A DNA stretch of 27,572 nucleotides. Source: a bacterium. Lineage in GTDB: Bacteria > CALINM01. Positions 1 through 9,861 of the stretch are shown here, piece by piece. Position 1 is the first letter of the stretch. Each line of letters opens with the position of its first letter. The position numbers and the translations under genes are program-made. The DNA is taken from contig JBEQAF010000019.1 of the NCBI GenBank assembly GCA_041640455.1, positions 1,923 through 29,494 on the forward strand. The letters run 5' to 3'. Under the pieces are notes generated by a model that was given only the letters and a program-made list of their open reading frames with translations, ran no database searches and was not told the origin of the DNA.

Positions 1-47
1 CTGCATCCGTTCCTTATTATTGTTAACATATCCGCAATAACGTCCAT
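1..47 (-). CDS. rpsH: 30S ribosomal protein S8, 5' fragment (runs off window)
   Basis: AAGGAG RBS then ATG at 47 reading MDVIADMLTIIRNGC, the S8 N-terminal motif; expected position after rpsN. Confidence 0.93.
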   Translation of the reverse strand, partial: MDVIADMLTIIRNGC

Positions 48-57
48 ACTTATCTCC

Positions 58-243
58 TTACCAGCTTGCTTTTTTTACGCCAGGTATCTCGCCTTTTGAT
101 GCCAGATCCCTGAAGCATAATCTACACATATTAAAATCTCTTATAAAAGCACGAGGCCTCCCGCACAAAGGACATCTGTTATAAGCTCTCACCTTAAATT
201 TAGGCTTTCTCTGTGCTTTAATCATCATACTAATCTTTGCCAC
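58..243 (-). CDS. rpsN: 30S ribosomal protein S14, zinc-binding type Z
   Basis: 61 aa with CPLC...CRLCFR motifs and KKASW end. Confidence 0.98.
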   Translation of the reverse strand: MAKISMMIKAQRKPKFKVRAYNRCPLCGRPRAFIRDFNMCRLCFRDLASKGEIPGVKKASW

Positions 244-254
244 AATAGTCCTCC

Positions 255-794
255 TTAATCTCTAAAGGGGAAGCCGAAGGCTTTAAGCAGAGCCTTTGCC
301 TCTTCATCATTCTTTGCTGTAGTTGTAAAGGTTATATTCATGCCCTTTATTTTTTCAACCTTATCATAGTCAATCTCAGGGAATATTAGCTGTTCTTTTA
401 TCCCTAAGGTATAGTTTCCTCTACCATCGAAGGATTTTGATGAGATTCCCTTAAAATCCCTTACCCTCGGCAGTGCAACGGTAAGAAATCTCTCTAAAAA
501 CTCATACATCTTGTTGCTTCTCAAGGTTACCATAACCCCTATAGGAAGCCCCTTTCTAAGCTTAAAATTAGATATGGCTTTTTTTGCCTTTGTCACAACT
601 GGTTTCTGACCGGTTATAGCTTTTATCTCTTCCACGCTTTTATCTATTAGCTTAATATTCTGGGTAGCTTCGCCCAGCCCCACATTGATGACTATTTTTT
701 CCAGTTTTGGAACCTGATTAATATTTTTATATCCGAGCTCTGACAAAAGCTTCTTCTTTATCTCATTTTCGTATAATTCTTTAAGTCTTGCCAT
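255..794 (-). CDS. rplE: 50S ribosomal protein L5
   Basis: [26 protein letters not shown] motifs; synteny. Confidence 0.99.
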   Translation of the reverse strand: MARLKELYENEIKKKLLSELGYKNINQVPKLEKIVINVGLGEATQNIKLIDKSVEEIKAITGQKPVVTKAKKAISNFKLRKGLPIGVMVTLRSNKMYEFLERFLTVALPRVRDFKGISSKSFDGRGNYTLGIKEQLIFPEIDYDKVEKIKGMNITFTTTAKNDEEAKALLKAFGFPFRD

Positions 795-804
795 ATCTCA
801 CCTC

Positions 805-1119
805 TTATAATATTTGACCGCATTTTTTGCAAACTCTTGATTTTGATCCATCGGGCTGTTCTTTCTTACCAATTCTTACACCTTTTTCACATTTTTTGCA
901 GTAAAGCAAGACATTTGAAATATCAATAGGCATCTCTTTTTCTATAATACCGCCCTGAGGATTGGTCTGAGTGGGCTTTAAATTTCTTTTTACTATATTT
1001 ATTTTTTCAACCACAACCTTGTTCTTATCTCTAAGGACCTTAAGCACCTTTCCTGTCTTGCCTTTGTCCTTGCCTGTGAGAGTTATAACCAGATCGTCTT
1101 TCTTTATATATGTGCTCAT
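805..1119 (-). CDS. rplX: 50S ribosomal protein L24
   Basis: KOW motif GKDKGKTGKV, GGIIEKEMPI; two CxxC pairs near C-terminus. Confidence 0.98.
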   Translation of the reverse strand: MSTYIKKDDLVITLTGKDKGKTGKVLKVLRDKNKVVVEKINIVKRNLKPTQTNPQGGIIEKEMPIDISNVLLYCKKCEKGVRIGKKEQPDGSKSRVCKKCGQIL

Positions 1120-1128
1120 AATGGTCTC

Positions 1129-1497
1129 CTATAACACTTCTGGTGCAAGAGATATAATTTTCATAAATTTTTTTGCTCTCAACTCCCTTGCAACGGGTCC
1201 AAATATTCTCGTTCCTATGGGCTCAAGCTGGTTATTAAGTAAAACAGCCGCATTGTCATCAAATCTAATATAGGAGCCGTCTACTCTTTTAACTGCCTTG
1301 CTGGTTCTTACGATAACGGCTTTAACCACATCACCCTTTTTAACCTTGCCTTCCGGTATTGCCTCTTTGACTGATACCATTACCAGATCGCCCACCGAGG
1401 CATATCTTCTCCTGGTGCTTCCCACAACCTTAATACACATTACCCTCTTTGCACCTGAATTATCTGCAACTTCTAAGTTTGTCTGCATCTGTATCAT
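1129..1497 (-). CDS. rplN: 50S ribosomal protein L14
   Basis: [27 protein letters not shown]. Confidence 0.99.
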   Translation of the reverse strand: MIQMQTNLEVADNSGAKRVMCIKVVGSTRRRYASVGDLVMVSVKEAIPEGKVKKGDVVKAVIVRTSKAVKRVDGSYIRFDDNAAVLLNNQLEPIGTRIFGPVARELRAKKFMKIISLAPEVL

Positions 1498-1513
1498 AAA
1501 AGCACTCCTTTTT

Positions 1514-1783
1514 TTATCCTTCTAATGTCTGTGCCTTCTCAATTATCTGTTTCACACGCCACCTTTTTTCTTTGCTTAAAGGTCTTGTTTCAACTATCAG
1601 CACCTTATCTCCTATCTTACATTCATTTTTTTCATCATGGGCTTTAAATTTCTTTCTCATTTTTACATATTTATGGTAGATGGGATGTAGTTCCATCCTT
1701 TCTGTCAGGACTACCACTGTTTTATCCATCTTGTCGCTAACTACTTTTCCAACCATTGATTTTATATGCCTCTTCTTGTCCAT
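1514..1783 (-). CDS. rpsQ: 30S ribosomal protein S17
   Basis: [23 protein letters not shown]. Confidence 0.98.
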   Translation of the reverse strand: MDKKRHIKSMVGKVVSDKMDKTVVVLTERMELHPIYHKYVKMRKKFKAHDEKNECKIGDKVLIVETRPLSKEKRWRVKQIIEKAQTLEG

Positions 1784-1794
1784 GAAGCCCTTCC

Positions 1795-1983
1795 TTATTT
1801 ATTTTTTTGCTTAATAGCTGTCAATACTCTTGCCAGATCTTTTTTGGAGTTTCTAATTTTAGCGGTATTTTCCAGCTGTCCTTTCTCTTTCTGCCAGCAG
1901 AGTCTGAAAATCTCTTCCTTTAACTCAGCCGCTTTCGTATTAAGCTCATTAACAGTCAAATCCTTTATCTCTGAGAACTTCAT
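1795..1983 (-). CDS. rpmC: 50S ribosomal protein L29
   Basis: 62 aa, [23 protein letters not shown] overlap with rplP. Confidence 0.96.
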   Translation of the reverse strand: MKFSEIKDLTVNELNTKAAELKEEIFRLCWQKEKGQLENTAKIRNSKKDLARVLTAIKQKNK

Positions 1984-2396
1984 AACGATTCCTCTCTTTT
2001 AACTAATCTTGCTTTTATAGGCAGCTTGTTTGCTGCAAGTCTGAAAGCTTCATTTGCATCTTCAAGAGACAGTCCTTCGATCTCATATAAAATTCTGCCG
2101 GGTTTAACAGGACTTACCCAATCAACTGGAGAGCCTTTACCTTTACCCATTCTTGTTTCAGCAGGCTTGGCTGTTATAGGTTTGTCAGGAAAAATTCTTA
2201 TCCACATTTTCCCTGTCTTTTTAATAAACCTTGATATAACAATCCTTGCCGCCTCAATCTGCCTTGTTGTTAGAAAACCTGCCTCCAGAGCCTGCAATCC
2301 GTAGTTGCCAAAAGCAACTGTTGTACCTCTGGTAGCCTTGCCTCTTAATCTGCCTTTCTGCTGTTTTCTATGTTTAACTTTCTTTGGAGCTAACAT
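1980..2396 (-). CDS. rplP: 50S ribosomal protein L16
   Basis: [19 protein letters not shown]. Confidence 0.99.
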   Translation of the reverse strand: MLAPKKVKHRKQQKGRLRGKATRGTTVAFGNYGLQALEAGFLTTRQIEAARIVISRFIKKTGKMWIRIFPDKPITAKPAETRMGKGKGSPVDWVSPVKPGRILYEIEGLSLEDANEAFRLAANKLPIKARLVKREESL

Positions 2397-2415
2397 ATAC
2401 TATCTCCTTAGGGCT

Positions 2416-3063
2416 TTATAGTTTCTTAAAATCAGAATAGGAGCCAACTTCTCCCTTAAATATCCAGCTTTTGATACCTATAACTCCGTACTTTGTTTTT
2501 GCTACTGCTGTACCATAATCTATATCGCCTCTGAGTGTTTGCAATGGAACTCTTCCTTCCCTGTACCACTCAGTTCTTGCAATTTCAGCACCTCCAAGTC
2601 TGCCAGCACAGGATATTTTTATCCCCTTTGCTCCGAGCCTCATTGCAGCTGTTACAGCCTTTTTCATTGCCCTTCTGAAAGCCACTCTTCTCTCAAGCTG
2701 TGTTGCAACATTCTCTGCAACCAGGACAGCATTAAGCTCCGGTCTTCTGACCTCTTCAACGAAAATAAACACTTCTGATTTTGTAAACTTCTGAACTTCC
2801 TTTTTAAGAATTTCAAGGTCAGCACCTTTCTTACCGATAACAATGCCAGGTTTTGCCGTATGAATAAAAACCTTTACCTTATCAGGAGATCTTTCAATAT
2901 CAATCTCGGCAACCCCGGCATGGTATAACTTTTCCTTAAGATATTTCTTTATCTTAAAATCCTCATGCAGAAACTTTTTATAGTCCCTTTTACTGTACCA
3001 TCTGGATGTCCATGTCCTTGTAATGCCTAATCTTAGTCCTATGGGATTTACTTTCTGACCCAA
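2416..3063 (-). CDS. rpsC: 30S ribosomal protein S3 (TTG start)
   Basis: [40 protein letters not shown] before TTG. Confidence 0.99.
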   Translation of the reverse strand: MGQKVNPIGLRLGITRTWTSRWYSKRDYKKFLHEDFKIKKYLKEKLYHAGVAEIDIERSPDKVKVFIHTAKPGIVIGKKGADLEILKKEVQKFTKSEVFIFVEEVRRPELNAVLVAENVATQLERRVAFRRAMKKAVTAAMRLGAKGIKISCAGRLGGAEIARTEWYREGRVPLQTLRGDIDYGTAVAKTKYGVIGIKSWIFKGEVGSYSDFKKL

Positions 3064-3074
3064 TGTAAACCTCC

Positions 3075-3407
3075 TTATCTTTCTTCAAGAACCACTGTAA
3101 GGTGGCTGTATTTTTTTCTAAATATATCTGCCCTTCCCATTGCCTTTGGCATGACTCTCTTCAGCATAAAGGATTTTTCTGCCACAGCATGCTTTACGTA
3201 AAGGTTGTCAATATCTATTATCTTCTTCTGCTCTGCGTTGGCAATGGCTGATTTCAGGACTTTTAACATTAATCTTGCACCGTTTTTAGGAGTATATTTT
3301 AAAATCTCTACTGCTTCGTTAACGTTTTTCCCTCTAATAAGATCGGCAATTAGCTTTGCCTTCTTAGGAGGTATCTTAAGATATTTTCCTTTCGCCCTGA
3401 CTTCCAT
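3075..3407 (-). CDS. rplV: 50S ribosomal protein L22
   Basis: [22 protein letters not shown]; synteny. Confidence 0.98.
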   Translation of the reverse strand: MEVRAKGKYLKIPPKKAKLIADLIRGKNVNEAVEILKYTPKNGARLMLKVLKSAIANAEQKKIIDIDNLYVKHAVAEKSFMLKRVMPKAMGRADIFRKKYSHLTVVLEER

Positions 3408-3416
3408 AGAGCCTCC

Positions 3417-3695
3417 CTATTTCCCCTTAGTCTTTTTGTCGCCGGCATGGCTATGGAAAGTCCTTGTAGGTGCAAACTCACCTAACTTGTGACCAACCAT
3501 ATTTTCAGTAACATATACTGGTATGAACTTCTTTCCGTTGTGAACTGCAAAGGTTAGACCAACAAATTCTGGCAATATGGTGGACCTGCGAGACCATGTC
3601 TTTATAACTTTTTTGTCTCCTGTTTCTATTGCCTTGTTAACCTTTTCAAACAAATGACCATCTACAAAAGGTCCTTTTTTATTAGATCTACCCAT
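3417..3695 (-). CDS. rpsS: 30S ribosomal protein S19
   Basis: [22 protein letters not shown]. Confidence 0.99.
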   Translation of the reverse strand: MGRSNKKGPFVDGHLFEKVNKAIETGDKKVIKTWSRRSTILPEFVGLTFAVHNGKKFIPVYVTENMVGHKLGEFAPTRTFHSHAGDKKTKGK

Positions 3696-3708
3696 CTTTT
3701 TTCCTCAC

Positions 3709-4530
3709 TTATTTTCTTCTCTTCACTATCATCTTATCTGTAAGTTTATTATTTCTTGTCTTAAGCCCCTTACAGAGCTGCCCCCAGGGTGAACAGGGAT
3801 GCCTTCCCCCAGATGATTTCCCTTCACCGCCTCCAAGCGGATGATCTATGGGGTTCATGGCAACGCCTCTTACATGAGGTCTTTTACCCATCCATCTTGA
3901 TCTTCCTGCTTTACCTATTGTGATATTCTCATGTTCAAGATTACCTACCTGACCCACAGTTGCCATGCAATTAACATTTACCTTTCTAAGCTCTCCTGAA
4001 GGCATCTTTAAAAGAGCATAGTCAGTCTCTTTGCCCATAATCTGAGCGAATGCGCCTGCGCTTCTTGCTATCTGTCCACCCTTGCCAAGCTTAAATTCTA
4101 TATTATAAACCATAGTACCAACAGGAATATTCTTCAGAGGCAGGGCATTTCCTGGTTTTATCTCCGCATCCGGTCCGCTCATTATTTCGTCACCCACATT
4201 TAAACCGTTAGGAGCAACTATATATCTTCGCTCTCCATCTTTATACTTTATAAGAGCTATTCTTGCAGTTCTATTGGGATCATACTCGATTGCCTCAACC
4301 ACACCGGGGATCCCCACCTTGTCTCTCTTAAAATCGATAAGCCTATATAATCTTTTATGGCCACCACCTCTCTGCCATGAGGTTATCACTCCCTGATTGT
4401 TTCTTCCATTTGCTCTTTTTATATTTACGATCAGAGACTTTTCAGGTTTATCCTTTGTAATCTCTTCAAATGTGTGAGTGGTGCGAAATCTTATGCCTGG
4501 AGACGTTGGTTTATAAGTTTTAATACCCAT
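3709..4530 (-). CDS. rplB: 50S ribosomal protein L2
   Basis: [30 protein letters not shown]. Confidence 0.99.
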   Translation of the reverse strand: MGIKTYKPTSPGIRFRTTHTFEEITKDKPEKSLIVNIKRANGRNNQGVITSWQRGGGHKRLYRLIDFKRDKVGIPGVVEAIEYDPNRTARIALIKYKDGERRYIVAPNGLNVGDEIMSGPDAEIKPGNALPLKNIPVGTMVYNIEFKLGKGGQIARSAGAFAQIMGKETDYALLKMPSGELRKVNVNCMATVGQVGNLEHENITIGKAGRSRWMGKRPHVRGVAMNPIDHPLGGGEGKSSGGRHPCSPWGQLCKGLKTRNNKLTDKMIVKRRK

Positions 4531-4541
4531 TTTTATTTACC

Positions 4542-4826
4542 TCAGCTTTCAATAAAGTCTAACTTTTCGCCCTTTTTCAGGGTTACTATCGCTTTTTTCC
4601 ATGAGCTTGTTCTTCCTATATTTCTACCTATCCTTTTCCATTTTCCGGGAAGAACCACTGTTCTCACACTTTCAACCTTTACCTTAAAGAGCTTTTCAAC
4701 CGCATCTTTAATATCTTTTTTAGTGGCTGACTTATCAACTTTAAGAACAACCTTATTCTCTTCCCTCAGGAAAGTTGCTTTCTCAGTTATTACCGGAGCT
4801 TTTACTACATGGTATATACTCTTCAT
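4542..4826 (-). CDS. rplW: 50S ribosomal protein L23
   Basis: PVITEKA, WKKAIVTL; ATGA overlap with rplD. Confidence 0.98.
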   Translation of the reverse strand: MKSIYHVVKAPVITEKATFLREENKVVLKVDKSATKKDIKDAVEKLFKVKVESVRTVVLPGKWKRIGRNIGRTSSWKKAIVTLKKGEKLDFIES

Positions 4827-5446
4827 AGGCTAAGGGCTCCTTCTATATTCTTTACTGCATCTTTGAGCATTACTATATTTTCATACTTCATAATCTCATA
4901 AACATTTATAAGATCAAATCTGGATACCTTTATATTGGGAATGTTTCTTGCAGAAAGCTCTATATTTTTATCTCTCTCGGGTAAAACAAATAAAGCCTTT
5001 GAAAGTTCAAACTTTTTTACTATCTCGTTAAAATGTTTGGTCTTTACCTCTGGCAATGATATCTGATCTAACACAAAAAGTTTGTTCTCAGAAACCTTTA
5101 GACTTAACGCAGATCTCATGGCAGACTTAAGCACCTTCTTCGGCAGTCTATAGCTATAATCTCTCGGTTTAGGTCCAAATAGAATCGCACCCTTTCTCCA
5201 GAGAGGAGATCTGATAGATCCCACTCTTGCTCTTCCTGTGCCCTTCTGCTTCCATGGCTTTTTTCCGCCACCGGAAACCTCACTTCTCGTTTTTGTAGAA
5301 GCAGTTCCCTGTCTCTGATTAGCGAGATACATCTTTACAGCATCATGGATCAGATAACTCTTAATCTCTGTGCCAAAAACCTGATCAGATACCTCAATCT
5401 CGCCCAATAAAGCTTTATTCTGGTCATACAAAGGCAGTTTTGCCAT
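4823..5446 (-). CDS. rplD: 50S ribosomal protein L4
   Basis: KPWKQKGTGRAR, FGPKPRDY. Confidence 0.99.
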   Translation of the reverse strand: MAKLPLYDQNKALLGEIEVSDQVFGTEIKSYLIHDAVKMYLANQRQGTASTKTRSEVSGGGKKPWKQKGTGRARVGSIRSPLWRKGAILFGPKPRDYSYRLPKKVLKSAMRSALSLKVSENKLFVLDQISLPEVKTKHFNEIVKKFELSKALFVLPERDKNIELSARNIPNIKVSRFDLINVYEIMKYENIVMLKDAVKNIEGALSL

Positions 5447-5456
5447 CGTTATCTCC

Positions 5457-6092
5457 TTAATTTCCCTTCTTTATGGCATTTTTAATTACTACAATGGAGT
5501 TTACTGCTCCGGGGATCGCCCCTTTTATAAGAACTAAATTTTTCTCAGAAATAATTTTTTCTATCTTAAGGTTCTGGACGGTAACCTTAGCATCTCCCAT
5601 GTGACCTGGATATCTTTTGCCCTTCCACACCCTTGATGGGTATGCGCTTGAACCTGCTGAACCGGGCGCTCTGTGAAACATAGATCCATGACTGGCTCTT
5701 CCACCCTTAAAATTATGTCTTTTCATAACGCCTTGAAAACCCTTACCTTTTGATATGCCGGTTACATCCACAATATCCCCTTCCGAGAACAGGTCTGAAA
5801 CCTTTATCTCCTGACCCGGCTCAAAGGCTGAGATATCATCAAACTTAATCTCTTTTAAAACAGAAAAAGCCTTATCAGATGCCTTTTTAAAATGCCCCTG
5901 AAGAGGTTTGTTTACTTTCTCAAACTTTTTTATCTGAAAACCCAGCTGTAATGCCTCGTACCCATCCTTATCCTTTGTCTTCTTTTGAACAACGTAAGCC
6001 GGTCCCGCTTCTACAACAGTTACCTGTACAAGCTCTCCGTTATCATTAAAAATCTGGGTCATCCCTAATTTTTTTCCGATTATGCCTTTCAT
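5457..6092 (-). CDS. rplC: 50S ribosomal protein L3
   Basis: GKKLGMTQ, SKGKGFQGVMKRH, HRAPGS. Confidence 0.99.
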   Translation of the reverse strand: MKGIIGKKLGMTQIFNDNGELVQVTVVEAGPAYVVQKKTKDKDGYEALQLGFQIKKFEKVNKPLQGHFKKASDKAFSVLKEIKFDDISAFEPGQEIKVSDLFSEGDIVDVTGISKGKGFQGVMKRHNFKGGRASHGSMFHRAPGSAGSSAYPSRVWKGKRYPGHMGDAKVTVQNLKIEKIISEKNLVLIKGAIPGAVNSIVVIKNAIKKGN

Positions 6093-6104
6093 AGCCTTAT
6101 CCCT

Positions 6105-6416
6105 TTAACTTAGTTTGACTTCAACATCAACACCAGCGGCAAGCTCAAGCTTCATTAAAGCATCTATGGTCTGCTGGGTTGGATGAAGAATATCCATCAG
6201 CCTCATATGCACCCTTGTCTCAAACTGCTCTCTGGATTTTTTGTCCACGTGGGGGGATCTCAATACCGTATATCTGCTTATCTTGGTTGGCAGAGGTATG
6301 GGACCCACTACCTTAGCGCCTGTCTTTTTTGCCGTGTCCACAATCTCTGAAACAGATTGATCCAAAAGTCTGTGATCAAAGGCTCTAAGTTTTATCCTGA
6401 TTTTCTGACTATTCAT
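6105..6416 (-). CDS. rpsJ: 30S ribosomal protein S10
   Basis: [21 protein letters not shown]. Confidence 0.99.
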   Translation of the reverse strand: MNSQKIRIKLRAFDHRLLDQSVSEIVDTAKKTGAKVVGPIPLPTKISRYTVLRSPHVDKKSREQFETRVHMRLMDILHPTQQTIDALMKLELAAGVDVEVKLS

Positions 6417-6441
6417 AAAATATAACCTGCCTTAAAGTTTT

Positions 6442-7632
6442 TTACTCTATTACTTCTGTAACGACGCCTGCGCCTATGGTTCTTCCGCCTTCTCTTATAG
6501 CAAATCTAAGCTCCTTCTCCAGCGCTACATTGGTTATAAGCTCCACACCTATAGTCACATTGTCCCCCGGCATTACCATCTCCACTCCCTCAGGTAATGT
6601 CACAACACCTGTAACATCAGTCGTCCTAAAATAAAACTGCGGCCTGTATCCATTAAAAAAAGGCGTATGCCTACCACCCTCTTCCTTCGTCAGTATGTAT
6701 ACCTCACCCTTAAACTTCCTGTGCGGCGTTATACTACCCGGCTTCGCCAATACCATACCCCTCTCTACCTCTTCCTTCTTTATACCCCTCAATAAACACC
6801 CTATGTTGTCTCCTGCCCTACCCTCATCCAATAACTTCCTGAACATCTCCACTCCCGTCACCACCGTCTTCTTCGTCTCCCCTAAACCAACTATCTCCAC
6901 CTCTTCTCCTACCTTTATCACTCCCCTCTCTACCCTTCCAGTTACAACTGTACCCCTTCCAGATATACTAAATACATCCTCTATCGGCATCAAAAAAGGC
7001 TTGTCTATATCCCTAACCGGCTCAGGTATATACTCATCACAAGCCTTCATTAAATCCCATATACACTTCGCATACTCAGGATTCTCAGGATTCTCCAACG
7101 CCTTCAACGCACTCCCCCTCACTATCGGTAAATCATCCCCAGGAAATCCATACTTGCTCAATAACTCCCTCACCTCCAACTCCACTAAATCCAATAACTC
7201 AGGATCATCCACCATGTCACATTTATTCAAAAATACCACTATATACGGCACATTAACCTGCCTCGCCAATAACACATGCTCCCTCGTCTGCGGCATCGGA
7301 CCATCCGCCGCACTCACCACCAAAATCGCCCCATCCATCTGCGCAGCTCCAGTTATCATATTCTTCACATAATCCGCATGACCAGGACAATCAACATGCG
7401 CATAATGCCTCTTCTCACTCTCATACTCCACATGCGCAGTCGCTATCGTTATGCCCCTCTCCCTCTCCTCCGGAGCCTTGTCTATCTGATCAAAGGGCGT
7501 AAACTGCGCTAAACCCTTCGTAGATAATACCCGAGTTATCGCCGCCGTTAACGTGGTCTTACCATGATCCACATGCCCTATCGTCCCTATGTTCACATGG
7601 GGCTTCTTCCTCTCAAATTTAGCCTTTGCCAT
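6442..7632 (-). CDS. tuf: Elongation factor Tu
   Basis: [42 protein letters not shown]. Confidence 0.99.
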   Translation of the reverse strand: MAKAKFERKKPHVNIGTIGHVDHGKTTLTAAITRVLSTKGLAQFTPFDQIDKAPEERERGITIATAHVEYESEKRHYAHVDCPGHADYVKNMITGAAQMDGAILVVSAADGPMPQTREHVLLARQVNVPYIVVFLNKCDMVDDPELLDLVELEVRELLSKYGFPGDDLPIVRGSALKALENPENPEYAKCIWDLMKACDEYIPEPVRDIDKPFLMPIEDVFSISGRGTVVTGRVERGVIKVGEEVEIVGLGETKKTVVTGVEMFRKLLDEGRAGDNIGCLLRGIKKEEVERGMVLAKPGSITPHRKFKGEVYILTKEEGGRHTPFFNGYRPQFYFRTTDVTGVVTLPEGVEMVMPGDNVTIGVELITNVALEKELRFAIREGGRTIGAGVVTEVIE

Positions 7633-7683
7633 ATTATGCCTCCTGAATTTTTATTTTAATCAATGAAAAATACCAACAAAAAA

Positions 7684-7756
<73 letters not shown>

Positions 7757-7770
7757 AGAACTTTTAAAAA

Positions 7771-7842
7771 AGCGGGAAACGGGATTTGAACCCGCGACCT
7801 CCAGCTTGGAAGGCTGAAGCTCTACCCCTGAGCTATTCCCGC
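7771..7842 (-). tRNA. tRNA-Gly (TCC); CCA not encoded
   Basis: GCGGGAA/TTCCCGC acceptor stem, anticodon loop CTTCCAA, GTTCAAATC. Confidence 0.97.
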
Positions 7843-7853
7843 AATCAAAAAAG

Positions 7854-7936
7854 TGGAGAGGGGAGGATTCGAACCTCCGAAGGCGTCCGCCGACAGATTT
7901 ACAGTCTGTTCCCTTTGGCCACTCGGGAACCTCTCC
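7854..7936 (-). tRNA. tRNA-Tyr (GTA), long variable arm; CCA not encoded
   Basis: GGAGAGG/CCTCTCC acceptor stem, loop CTGTAAA, variable arm GGCG-GA-CGCC, GTTCGAATC. Confidence 0.97.
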
Positions 7937-7946
7937 ATTTAAAAAA

Positions 7947-8018
7947 AGCTGGCGATGGGATTTGAACCCGCAACCTGCTGATTACAAGTCAGCTGCTCTG
8001 CCGTTGAGCTACGCCAGC
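7947..8018 (-). tRNA. tRNA-Thr (TGT); CCA not encoded
   Basis: GCTGGCG/CGCCAGC acceptor stem, GCTGA-CTTGTAA-TCAGC anticodon arm, GTTCAAATC. Confidence 0.97.
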
Positions 8019-8062
8019 ATAAGCACAAAAAAAGACGCCCACTTAAACAAAGTAGAATATAT

Positions 8063-8098
8063 ACTATATTAGACAAGCAAATATTTGTCAATATTTTT
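8063..8098 (-). promoter_or_regulatory. Strong sigma70-type promoter for the tRNA-tuf-S10 transcript
   Basis: TTGACA (8091-8086) - 17 nt - TATAGT (8068-8063), with an A-tract just upstream (UP-element-like); 45 nt before first tRNA. Confidence 0.85.
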
Positions 8099-8120
8099 TT
8101 AATATTAAGGATAGAATTTT

Positions 8121-9149
8121 TTACAATATTTCCCAAGGTTTTGGCAAGAAAAATTTTTCATAAAGATAAAGTGCGTATCTATCGGTCATGCCGGAGATAA
8201 AACTGGCAATATCATCCTCAAGGGATCTAATCTCTTTAAGCTCAGAGACCTGTAAAAATATCTCTTTGTTTTCTATGAAAAAATTAAAGAGCTGTTCCAT
8301 TATCTTTTCTGCCTTATAAAACTCCCTGTGAACAATGTCTGCTTCATATACATTTTTATACATAAAATCTCTGAGCTCGTGCACCACCTCCAGAATCTCC
8401 TCTGAAAAGCTTATGATACAATTATTTTTTTTGGAATAATTTATCACATCTCTTACCATAGAGTTAATTCTGTGACTGTGTTTATCACCAAGATACTTTC
8501 TTACCGCAGTAGGTATTGAAGAGTCAGTTATTACTTTTGCCCTTAATGCATCATCCATATCATGACTTAGATAGGCTATAAGGTCAGCTACTCTTACCAC
8601 CTGCCCTTCCTTAGTAACTGGTAGGTTTTCAGAAACTATGGGTCCCTTCCCCTTAGAATGCTTAAGTATACCATCTCTCACTTCAAAGGTCAGGTTAAGC
8701 CCTCTGCCATCTTTTTCAATCTCATCCACCACCTTAAGGCTCTGCTCATTATGACGAAAACCATTTTTTAACAAATTATTTAGCACACTCTCACCCGCAT
8801 GTCCGAAGGGTGTATGACCGAGGTCATGTCCAAGAGCTATCGCCTCTGTTAGGTCTTCATTAAGCGCAAGGGCTTTAGATATAACTCTTGCAATCTGAGA
8901 AACCTCAAGGGTATGTGTTAGCCTTGTTCTGTAGTGATCCCCTTTGGGAGCAAGAAATACCTGAGTTTTATATCTTAATCTTCTGAATGCCTTTGAATGT
9001 ATTATCCTGTCTCTATCTCTCTGAAAATCGGTTCTGATATCACATTTTTTTTCTGAACGTAATCTCCCACGAGATTTTGATGAAAGACAGGCATGTTCAG
9101 ATAGGATGGCAGATTCTCTTTCTTCTATCTCTTCCCTTATGCTTTTCAT
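8121..9149 (-). CDS. dgt: Deoxyguanosinetriphosphate triphosphohydrolase (HD-domain dGTPase, short form)
   Basis: FQRDRDRIIHSKAFRRL, KTQVF, RTRLTHTLEV, GHDLGHTPFGHAGE, ISGMTDRYA. Confidence 0.95.
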   Translation of the reverse strand: MKSIREEIEERESAILSEHACLSSKSRGRLRSEKKCDIRTDFQRDRDRIIHSKAFRRLRYKTQVFLAPKGDHYRTRLTHTLEVSQIARVISKALALNEDLTEAIALGHDLGHTPFGHAGESVLNNLLKNGFRHNEQSLKVVDEIEKDGRGLNLTFEVRDGILKHSKGKGPIVSENLPVTKEGQVVRVADLIAYLSHDMDDALRAKVITDSSIPTAVRKYLGDKHSHRINSMVRDVINYSKKNNCIISFSEEILEVVHELRDFMYKNVYEADIVHREFYKAEKIMEQLFNFFIENKEIFLQVSELKEIRSLEDDIASFISGMTDRYALYLYEKFFLPKPWEIL

Positions 9150-9163
9150 AACTGCTGGAAAAT

Positions 9164-9192
9164 ATATTAAATCTTTGATCTGAATAGGTCAA
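9164..9192 (-). promoter_or_regulatory. Putative sigma70 promoter of dgt
   Basis: TTGACC (9192-9187) - 17 nt - TAATAT (9169-9164), 14 nt before the ATG. Confidence 0.55.
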
Positions 9193-9440
9193 TAGATTAA
9201 TATGGAGACTAAAGCTCTTTTGTTGATTTGTGATCTAGACATTATTTGATAGATTAAAGGCATCACAGACTAATACATTAAACTTAAAAATATAATATCT
9301 ACCGATAATATATTCTTTTCGGCTTACCCTATCGCAAATTATACTCTTTAAAAAAAGCTTTTTTGCATATAAAAAGAGCTGTATAATTTAAATACAGCCA
9401 GATGAAGGGAGACAAGTATCTTTTAATATAGATCTGATTA

Positions 9441-9446
9441 TATAAT
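9441..9446 (+). promoter_or_regulatory. Putative -10 box of a leaderless thioesterase transcript
   Basis: Perfect TATAAT followed by 6 nt then ATG at 9453; no good -35. Confidence 0.4.
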
Positions 9447-9452
9447 AGGGCT

Positions 9453-9857
9453 ATGCACAAAAAAAGGATTGAAGAGATAATAAAGGGCGATAAACTTTTT
9501 CATCTATATGGGATGGAAATTGTGGAAGCAGATCTTGGCTATGTTAAACTAAAGGCAGTTGTGAAGGAAGAGCATCTTAATGCCCACAATATTGCTCACG
9601 GTGCCATGATCTTTGCCCTCATGGATGTGGCTTTTGCCATTTCGGTTAACTCCTACGAAGACGCGGTAGGAGTTCAGTTTGGATTTAATATTTTTAAATC
9701 TACTGGTTTAGGAGATACCATAATAGCCGAATCAAAGGTTATTCACAAAGGTAGAAGCAGTATGGTGGTGGAGGTAATGGCTCAAAGCGAAAAAACTGGA
9801 AAACTTCTTGCCAAAGGTATGGCAACAGCCCTACCGCTCCCGAGAAACAAAGTTTAA
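9453..9857 (+). CDS. PaaI-family hotdog-fold thioesterase
   Basis: HLNAHNIAHGAMIFALMDVAF matches the PaaI N..HGG...D motif (HGA here); 134 aa. Confidence 0.85.
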   Translation: MHKKRIEEIIKGDKLFHLYGMEIVEADLGYVKLKAVVKEEHLNAHNIAHGAMIFALMDVAFAISVNSYEDAVGVQFGFNIFKSTGLGDTIIAESKVIHKGRSSMVVEVMAQSEKTGKLLAKGMATALPLPRNKV

Positions 9858-9861
9858 ACAA

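Noticed and set aside
6695..7372. 225-aa plus-strand ORF antisense to tuf (and 7276-7512)
   Set aside because: Shadow of the tuf reading frame and its codon bias; no RBS or recognisable motifs
7955..7971. C-A mismatch in the T-stem of tRNA-Thr(TGT) suggesting a pseudo-tRNA
   Set aside because: Rest of the cloverleaf is perfect and the gene is in its canonical cluster; single T-stem mismatches are tolerated
7939..8136. 65-aa minus-strand ORF
   Set aside because: Overlaps tRNA-Thr(TGT) and its promoter; spurious
8121..9149. dGTPase as an anti-phage defence gene
   Set aside because: Short housekeeping-type protein next to core translation genes, with no defence-island context
9379..9397. LexA SOS box (CTGT...ACAG)
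   Set aside because: Spacer is 11 nt rather than the 8 nt of the proteobacterial box
9808..9861. TTG-start N-terminal extension of the DUF362 protein
   Set aside because: Overlaps the thioesterase by 50 nt; ATG at 9862 fits operon spacing better
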